Origin: a virus
Taxonomy: Duplodnaviria; Caudoviricetes
Virus record (IMG/VR): IMGVR_UViG_3300012953_000028
Location: 1 to 63,801 of that record
Length of the DNA stretch: 63,801 nucleotides
Strand: one strand, 5' to 3'
In this document: positions 18,432 to 27,200 of the stretch, piece by piece
Layout: each line of letters opens with the position of its first letter
Position numbering within the stretch: position 1 is the stretch's first letter
Notes under the pieces: generated by a model
Seen by the model: only the letters and a program-made list of their open reading frames with translations
Told to the model about the DNA's origin: nothing
Databases searched by the model: none
Made by a program: the position numbers and the translations under genes

Positions 18432-19433
18432 TTAAATTTGTGTCCAAGGACTTGGATTTGATACTACTGGTTGTGGAATATCCAATGTTACAGTATTTTC
18501 TGTAACACTACTAGGGTGAACCATACTAGCTGTTAGAGATAAATCTCCGCTAGTTGTTAATGTTGTAGCAGAGCCATCTAATACAACTCTTAAATTAAGA
18601 TATCTATTATTATCTCCGTATACTCTTCCGTAGACTTTAACTCTTATATTAGAGTATCCGCCATAGCCTCCATAACCGCCATAGCCTCCATAACCGCCAT
18701 AGCCTCCGCCACCGCCGCCTGCTGGACTAGTATAAAGTAGTTTGTCTGTTATATTAAGTTCGCTAAATCCAATATCTTGTGTAACTCCAACATTGTTTAA
18801 ACTTTGAGTTGTTTCTACATTAAGTTTAATAGTACCCATAGCTATAAACAGATCTCTCCAAGCAGAGTATCCTGTACCGGTTCCATTACTATATGCTAGT
18901 TCTAATCGTAAGTCTCCACCAGCATTAAAGAAGTGCCTAGCACTCTCATAGTATTCTGGATCAGTACCAAATAGATAATCTAATTGTATTTCAAATTGGT
19001 TGGTCCAACTTGTAGAAGAATTATAAGTGTTTAATGTTGATAATTGTGTAAGATTTGGATCTACGTCATTGCGTTTAATTCTTGCTAGTTCTAGTAAATC
19101 ATGAGCAGTATTAAAGAAATCTGCTGTAATCTTTCCGCCTCTAGAGGTTACAACTAGCTCGTCATCTGAAGCATCTGTTCTATATGTACTAATATTAATT
19201 CTGTTAACAAGCTCGTTTGCATATGAAGATGTAACCTTATCTCCTCTTGCTACAGTTGGTACTTCTGTTCCACCCCAACCCCAACGAATGTCGTCTTGAA
19301 CTGTGGCATCGTCTGTATTTGACGGTCCTTCGTTTGCATGTGTATCTGCAAATAGCTCATTTACCTGACCCGAAAGATTATTAAAATAATCTTTTGTAAT
19401 CTTATCGCCGCGGCTCTTTGGGTGTGCAGACAT
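18432..19433 (-). CDS. Virion structural (tail/baseplate) protein with Gly-Tyr repeat
   Basis: Three RG(D/G)K(I/V)T repeats; ARHFFNAGG; GGGGGGYGGYGGYGGYGGYGGY. Confidence 0.65.
   Translation of the reverse strand: MSAHPKSRGDKITKDYFNNLSGQVNELFADTHANEGPSNTDDATVQDDIRWGWGGTEVPTVARGDKVTSSYANELVNRINISTYRTDASDDELVVTSRGGKITADFFNTAHDLLELARIKRNDVDPNLTQLSTLNTYNSSTSWTNQFEIQLDYLFGTDPEYYESARHFFNAGGDLRLELAYSNGTGTGYSAWRDLFIAMGTIKLNVETTQSLNNVGVTQDIGFSELNITDKLLYTSPAGGGGGGYGGYGGYGGYGGYGGYSNIRVKVYGRVYGDNNRYLNLRVVLDGSATTLTTSGDLSLTASMVHPSSVTENTVTLDIPQPVVSNPSPWTQI
18658..18707. repeat. 18-bp tandem repeat CCGCCATAGCCTCCATAA encoding (GGY)n
   Basis: Two full copies and one partial copy read directly. Confidence 0.9.
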
Positions 19434-20545
19434 TATCTGACTCCTACTGTTGCCTCAATTAATCCAATACCTTCGCCATTGTAGTCTTGTAAACTACGAC
19501 CTATGATACTAAAAAGAGGATCATTCTCGGTTGCTTTCCTTGCAACACCTGGTGTTTCACTTGCTACTAATCTATCGCCTTTTCCAATAGGTCCTGAAAC
19601 TTTAGTAGGAATACGTCCTGCTACTGCGATAGGCATTGCATGTTTCTCTCTTTGTTTTCTTGCATTTAACAAGTATGCTGGCCTTGTTGATACTACACCA
19701 AATATGCTTGGATCTCCGTCAAACATAGTACTAGTTACTTCGTTAACACCACCTAGTGCAACCAATGTACCTGGCTCGTATGTTGCATCACCAACATAAA
19801 TTTCTGCAACGTCAGCAAATTCTGCTTCAACTGCTACGCCTCTAATTTTAAAATCGCTACTTGAATTTAAGTTTAATCCTTTTCCAATTATACCAGTTTG
19901 GTTATAATCACCAGTTCCTAAATTCTGGTCTGTGCCTGTTGAATCACCGCCACAAAATGATTGTAAATTTTCACTTGAGTGCGGAACATAATCTGCGTCA
20001 CTACTTAAGATAGCAACAAGTATGCCATTAACTTTAAGTTTGATTGCCGGATGTATATTTAAGTTTGGAGTTGCGGAGTTAAAGTTTGAATCTTTAATTG
20101 TCTCATTTATAATTACACCTGTTTCTAATCCAGGTACACCAAAAACATTGTTTAGTTGTATAAATGCAGATCCGTCCCACATAAACACGCCTTGATTAGC
20201 AGTATCAAACCACATATCGCCTTTAGCTCTTTTAACTAAAGAAGGCTGGTCTCCAACAAATAAATGCCCTACTGGCTTCCAAACACCTCCGCCTTGGTAT
20301 ACGTTTATTTGTTTTGGTTCCCCTACTACATCGGTATTTCTATACCAAATTTGACCAACAATAGGGTTGGTTGGTTCGTCATTATTATTGAAATTTTCTA
20401 ATAATTTGACAAAGTTTTCAGCAATTAATTCGCCGTATCCTAGATAGTTTTTTCCTAAAAGATTTAGTCCATAGGTTGTATCGATTTCACCTTCCTGGAT
20501 ATTTAGGAGAATTGTGCCATCTGTTTTGTTTACTTCATATGCCAT
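19433..20545 (-). CDS. Short tail fibre/baseplate protein with C-terminal intramolecular chaperone (peptidase G2-like) domain
   Basis: N-terminal GKNY.GYGE...ENF..LLENF...P.NP..GQ.WY; C-terminal ADVAE.Y...PG.LV...GVVST.P...GR.P.KV.G.I.KGD.L. Confidence 0.7.
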   Translation of the reverse strand: MAYEVNKTDGTILLNIQEGEIDTTYGLNLLGKNYLGYGELIAENFVKLLENFNNNDEPTNPIVGQIWYRNTDVVGEPKQINVYQGGGVWKPVGHLFVGDQPSLVKRAKGDMWFDTANQGVFMWDGSAFIQLNNVFGVPGLETGVIINETIKDSNFNSATPNLNIHPAIKLKVNGILVAILSSDADYVPHSSENLQSFCGGDSTGTDQNLGTGDYNQTGIIGKGLNLNSSSDFKIRGVAVEAEFADVAEIYVGDATYEPGTLVALGGVNEVTSTMFDGDPSIFGVVSTRPAYLLNARKQREKHAMPIAVAGRIPTKVSGPIGKGDRLVASETPGVARKATENDPLFSIIGRSLQDYNGEGIGLIEATVGVR

Positions 20546-20577
20546 AGTTTATATCCTTTACCTATTATTTAGTACAA

Positions 20578-21201
20578 TTAAGCTCTTATTCTAAGTGTGT
20601 AAATAATTTGTATTCTTTGTTCTGCGGTTTTCGTAACCGGATGAAACCTATAATGCGTTAATAATCTTCCACTATCTAAGCCTGTTATTCCTCTGCTTTT
20701 CAAGCCAATCTCGTCAAAAATCATTTCTCCTCCACTTGCTAATCCTGCATCATATGTTGCATCAGTTAGATTGGTTATATATCCGCCTGTTTGCGATGAA
20801 GCATCTGGATCTGCATAGTCAAGTGTAGTTGTAACAACTAAATCAGTAAATTGTGATCCTTTAATATGACTAGTTTCAACTTTATTATCGCTTGGTAAAA
20901 CGTTACCAAAATCTAAAGAGTCTACTAATCTATAATATAAAGGATGATATAGTCCTGCATTTTCACCAAGTATATTTGCTGGCTTATAGGTAATTACACC
21001 TGTGTTAATAGTAGTAGCACCATCACCAAAATGTATTTCGCTAACAATACTGTTACCACTGCTCATTACTTCTGCTAAGGTTTGACTCATGTTTTCTTTG
21101 TGAACTGAGTTTTTACCTTCACGGATTACACGATTTGTATCTAAATCTACAATTTTTACAAATCCTTCTATGCCTGCATTTATATCTTGAATATGTGTCA
21201 T
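20578..21201 (-). CDS. Baseplate/tail structural protein
   Basis: FDEIGL...LLTH..FHPV.K...I.I.YTLRI; located in the baseplate operon. Confidence 0.6.
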   Translation of the reverse strand: MTHIQDINAGIEGFVKIVDLDTNRVIREGKNSVHKENMSQTLAEVMSSGNSIVSEIHFGDGATTINTGVITYKPANILGENAGLYHPLYYRLVDSLDFGNVLPSDNKVETSHIKGSQFTDLVVTTTLDYADPDASSQTGGYITNLTDATYDAGLASGGEMIFDEIGLKSRGITGLDSGRLLTHYRFHPVTKTAEQRIQIIYTLRIRA

Positions 21202-21237
21202 TATTAATATTTAGCCTGTTTATTATAACCCGTTATA

Positions 21238-24200
21238 TCAGCCACCGCCAATGCCTGGGAGGATCTCTGATTCTCCGTCTGGGTTAGCATCTGTTAATGT
21301 TTGCTGAGATATATCTGGGTTTAAGAAATTAATTATATTTCCGTCTTCGTCAGTAAGTGTAGCAAATGTTCCTGGACCATCTCCTTCGGAGTCTACACTA
21401 AGCTGAAACTCTTCTGATTCAATAGTCATTGATATGGTTTCTGTAATACCAACATCTATTGTATCAAAGTTTGATAATTTATTGTTAAAGTTAGCAACTT
21501 TAGTATGGTAAGGTTTTACTTCTTCAACATATGTTGCTACTTGTTCTGCAAGTTTATCATAAAATAAAGAGACACCTCTTAGGTCATCTGATGATGTTTT
21601 AGAAATATCTAAGTAGGTTGTTTTAATTGCCCAGTTTGAATTTGGAATTTGATTCAACGATTCTTTTAACATATCAAAAAAGAACAAGTTAAAAAATCCA
21701 ACATCTTCAGTAATTAATAAATCTTCTCTTAGTGCGATTAATAAACTTTCTAATACTTCACTACCATCTTCATCCCACGGAAACTTATCCCACCTTGCGG
21801 TATCCCATGCGTCTCCTAAAGAACCGTCCCATACTGTATCTAGAAACTGTATAGTTCCATCACGTTGGAAAACCAACTCAATATCTAATCCATTTTTATT
21901 AAAGGATCTTTCTAACTCACCGTTGCTATCTAGTAGTCCAAATATAGTAATATCATCGGCTAATGTTGTTATTTCAGATAGATCGCTTACAAGTGCTTGT
22001 TCACTTCCTGTTACATATCCTGTTCCTAAATAATCAACAAACTCCCAGTAAGGAGTAAGGTCTTTTATATAAGGACCAAATAAAGGTTGGTATGTTAATA
22101 GGTGTGCATCATAAGTTGGCTTTGCTACAGCATTTACTTGTAACAAATATTTATTTGCTGAGTAGACTAAATTACGTCTTGCTTCTTTTATATCCTTATA
22201 CCAAGTTTGTGGTAAAGGAACATATTGGTTTCCATATCTGCGTAGAGGATGAAGTCTAGTATCCGGAACACGCCTTCTTGCTGGAATTACTGCCGAGTAT
22301 TCTCCGTTTAGCCCGCCGGCATCTTGTACGGCTGTTGCTCCACTAACTACCATATTCCAATCTTGAAGTGCATCTGTTACAAAGTCATTAGTTGATGTAT
22401 AACCATTTTGATTTGTAATAAGCATAGGTCTATGTAGTTTTCTTTTTGTTTCAATTCTAGGATCTGTTGATAACGCAAACACATTTCCTAAAGAGTCTAC
22501 TAGATTTCCTGTTGTGTCATCAGTTTGATAAATTGGTCTTAGTACTGACTCAACTTCTTCTCTCATCTCATTTAGGTATTTTACAATAGGTAGATCATTA
22601 TCATTGTAATTGTTAACTACTACCATTTGAGAATATGCATAGTTTATAACAATATCACCTTCGTTATAAGTTGTATTTGGTTCCCATGATTTTAATGAAG
22701 AAGTTTTTCTGTATTGGTCTCTGCCAGATATACTTGTCTTAAGTCTACGGAACAGATACTCAGGAATAATACTACCCGAACGTCCTTCGCTTACCAACAA
22801 ACTATTAACATGTTGTTGTAAACCATCTGTTCTTTCAACTATTCTAATTATTACACTTCTTCTAGATGATAAAAATCCGTTGATATTTGAAACTACTAAT
22901 GCATTATTAGCAATAGGACTAGCCCAAGTAATACCTGCAATATCTGGATTATTTAATGCTGATTGTATTGCAAGAGCAGAATAACTTCTTTTTACATTTT
23001 GTGGGATATCTGATGGATTCTTATTCCAAAAATAATACTTTGTTATTAGTGCTCCGTTCTTATTATATTCTTGATTTTCAGTAAATCTAATTACTCCGTC
23101 CCCATCAGAATAATCAACTCTAGCATTAGGATGAGTGTCTATAGCCGGTTCTTCGTCTGACGAGCTCCACTCGTAAATTTCTACCTCACTATCTGCAAAT
23201 TGCTCTCCCCAGTGGTTTGCTCTATACTCAATATTATTTCTTTGTTCATATTCTGCATAACGTAGTTTGCTGGTATCCCACCATAGTTTACCAATTTGTG
23301 TAGTTTCCCAATAAGTTGTTGCATCTAATTCTTCATTGCCAAATTCATCAATATTATAAACTGCTGGATCAACACCTTGTCTATAGTCTAGGTATTGCAC
23401 AACTTCATCAATAGTAAATCCTTTATAAGGATCAAAAAGTTCAATGTTAGTAATTTTATTTCCTGTATCGCCGTCTAATAGTGTAATACTATCAATAGAA
23501 CTTGAGTCTACCATATTACCTTGTAACGTTGTTGCTTCTTCGTTGATTACCCAAGCAGTCCCATTAAATTCATATACTGTATATTCTCCCTGTGCAGTAC
23601 TATCTGGTTCTAAATAAAATTTAGTTCCAACAGCAATATTTGTTAAATTTGTTGGTAAGTCTGCTGTTGTTTTTCCTTTAGTATTCATCATTGTTATAGA
23701 AACTAAATTTTCTGTTTTGGTTGAGACTCTAGTAGGAATTAATAAATTATAATCATCAATAACTCTTGTAACCTTATGGAATGTTCTAATAGTTTCCTCG
23801 TTAGTTCCTAATATTAATAGCATATCATCAATAGCTAAGTTATGTGCATTAGAAAATGTAACTTTACTTTCTTCCAATGCAGGATCAGCATTAGGACAAA
23901 TTTCAGTTATTGGTGCTGGTACAGTACCTTGCAAAATATTCCAACTAACTTCTGTTTCCCCAGTTTCTGTTGTTGTAAAATCTTTAAAGTCAAAATCGCT
24001 TAACCATACAGTAGGAGGAAGAGATATAGCATCTTCAGTAACAACTGTCCATTGAGTTGAATCAAAAGCAGTAGTTGCACCACCAGTTACATTTACTAGT
24101 GCCTGGTATAATACTCCGTTGTTCCATACTCTGTCTCCTTCTTTGTATAAACTAAATTTACTAAAAGATCTTAATTCATCTAAACGATTAAACTTATCGT

Positions 24201-27200
24201 CATTAAATGACCCAATGTCTGCTCCAAATAATTCGTTAATACTTCTTTTTTGTACGTTAGTTTCAACTAAGTTTCCAACACCTGCACTTGGCAACCAGTT
24301 ATTATTTTTCACATAATCTGATGTTAATTCAGAACGTTGTATAGTAGGGAAATTAATATTTTCTTCTCTTGATACCCATCTACTATCGCTTTTGGTTATA
24401 TCAATAATGTTATCACTTCTTAAATCAACATCATTGTCTCCTTCTTTAAAACGTATAATTTGCCTAGAGCTAGTTGTATCTTCTGATCTAATTTCTATTT
24501 CCCAAACTTTTCTATTTCCTAGTTTTCCAAATTCGCCGTCAGTAAATAGCCATTGCTCGTTAATTTCTAAGTCTTGTATAACCCCGGGAATATCAATTGA
24601 GGAATTTCTAAATAATGCATCAATTGCTAGGTTAGTTCCTGATGCAGAATTTAAACCTTGTTTATATCCAAACTCAACAGATTCGTCTGCAATTATCTCA
24701 TCAATAATTGATTTTTTAGTTGGTATAATATCTTTCTTACTTACATCACTTAGGAAGGTATTAAACTGACTTTTCTCTGAATCTTTTGATTTAATAATGT
24801 CTGTTGCTAAACTTTCAAAACCTGGAAATAGTCCTGTGTTTGTTATAACAACTCCTTGTGCAAAAGGCTTACCGTCCCATCCTCTTGTTCTTCTAGCAAC
24901 CATTTTTAAGTTTGGTAGTCTAAACTGTAATTGACTGTTATTAATTACATCGCCAAATCTTGTAGAATTGTTAAAGAAGAATACATGATCATAACTTCTT
25001 AAAGAAAAGTCAATAAATGTAACTTGCTTTCCTGAAGTAATTTCAACTAAGTCTTGCTTTTCGTTATAGTTTCTAGATATTAATAAGTCGTTTGGTTGTG
25101 CTAATGTTTTATCTGAAAATATAATTTTCCCTCGTCTAGTCAAATCATTATCTAACTTATCAAGGTGTCCTAGTTGGTGCTCAAATAAGAATCCTTTAGA
25201 GTCAATTGGGCCACCTAACCAGAATGTATCTGTTCCCCAATTCTCACCAATCCAAGTCATTGCATCTAATGCTACTTGTTCCCAGTTACCAACTGTTCCT
25301 CTTGAATTTAAGGTATCAAATACTAGTCCGTTGCGTTCTTGTAATGCTTGTAAGCCTATAAAAAATTCGTATAATTCTTGCTTTGTTTCAAACTTATGAC
25401 CATAAGATATTCTTGTAACTGTGTCTACATGCTGTTTATATAAGATAAATGTATCTGTGTCTGTTTGTACTGTTCTTTGAAATGTTCCGCTAGAACCATC
25501 TTTAATTGGTTGAACTATATTAAAGTATCTTTCCTCTGGATCAAACCCAGACACCCTAAAGCCGTCGTCTTCTCTTTCTAATCTTACTGCACTATATCTT
25601 AAATCATTAGTAGCAATTCCTGCGTCTAATGTTAAATTAAAATCTTCGTCTGGAACAAATGTTCCGTCAGATACTTTTGCATGTGACATTTTAAATCTAG
25701 CTTCTTGGTTACTAAATCCTCCCATACCAAACATTAAAACAACGCCTAATCTTTCTAACTCGTTAATTACTTCTGAACCAGGAAAGTTTAATTCTTTATT
25801 GTTTTCAAAAAGTAATGCTCCAACTCCAACTGTTGGCCTTAGCTGTACCCAAGGAACATCCGGAAAGATACTATATTCTCCTAATGCTTCTGTTGAATTA
25901 TTTTGATTTGGAACAACATAAGGATTAATACCTTTTTCAAAAAACTCGTTTACAGTTTCGTCATTTCCAATTTTATCAAGAATTTGATGATATGCACCTG
26001 CTGAACTTCTTGCCCATAAGTCTTCCCATACCCCATAGCTTCCTATCTCCCAAGGAGCACCTGCGGCTTCTTCTGACGGGCTTAAACTTAACCATTCATT
26101 AGGACTTATAAGTTTAACATCAGTGGTTACAGGAAATCCATCTAGGTACTCGTTCTTACAAGAGTAATCATAAACTACCGGAGTGCCTGGCTCACTTATA
26201 AGGCCAGTTCTTAACGCTTCTTCTAATGCAATACGCTGAGTAGCATCTCCCCACTGGTAATGATTATCCCACCAATCTGGCTTATTACTAAATTTTAGTA
26301 TTTCCCAAGGACGACTATCAGGCTGATATGTTCCAAAGATTCTAACATACATACCTCTCCAGCTTTCGCCATCATAATTCCATGTCCAAGGATCTGTAAA
26401 ATCAAAGTCTTGTGAACGATCTCTAAAATCAATATCGTTTGATTCAAACCATCTAACTTCTGCTAACGAACGCAAAGATGTTACGTTAGGGTTACAGTAT
26501 AACCCTGCGTTCTCTCTGGCTGTATCACCTGTTAGTTCGGTACAACTAACATAAATTCTTTTTTCTAATTCTAATATTAAATAATCTCTAGGATCAGGTG
26601 CTGAGAAAATGTTATCCTGATGTGCCATTACTTTACTTCCGTCGTGTCTTAAAATTAAGAAGCGATCAAAAAATCCCCAACGTTCTCTAATAAGTTCTGG
26701 CTTAGTTAATCCTTTAAGTCCAAGTTTAGTTGGACTAGCTGGAACTCCACTAAGTAAAGGAGTTGCTAATCCTCTATAGTAAATTGAAACTACACTTCCT
26801 ACATTTACTGGACTATCAAATATAACATTAGGAGTTGTATCGACACTATATCCTTCAATTTGTATTATATTATCAATATAAACATATACATGATCAGGAT
26901 CGTATTCATCTTGGACTAATGTACTACTACCGATATTAACTGCAAAAGTTGTCTCGTTTGTTCCTTGAACAGTATGACTAACTTTAAGCATATTTGTAGT
27001 AGAAAAAACCATACCGCTTTCTGCGTCAGGCGTATTTGTGTTTACCTCTAGGTTCAATTCATCTAGTAGTAAATCTAATATTTCTCTAGAATTTGAAGTT
27101 GTTACTTCGTAAGCATTATTATATGTTTCAACTAGTTTTACAAAACGTCTATGCCAACGCCAAGAGTTCATGCTTCTATTAATAACTGCTTCTCCTAAAC

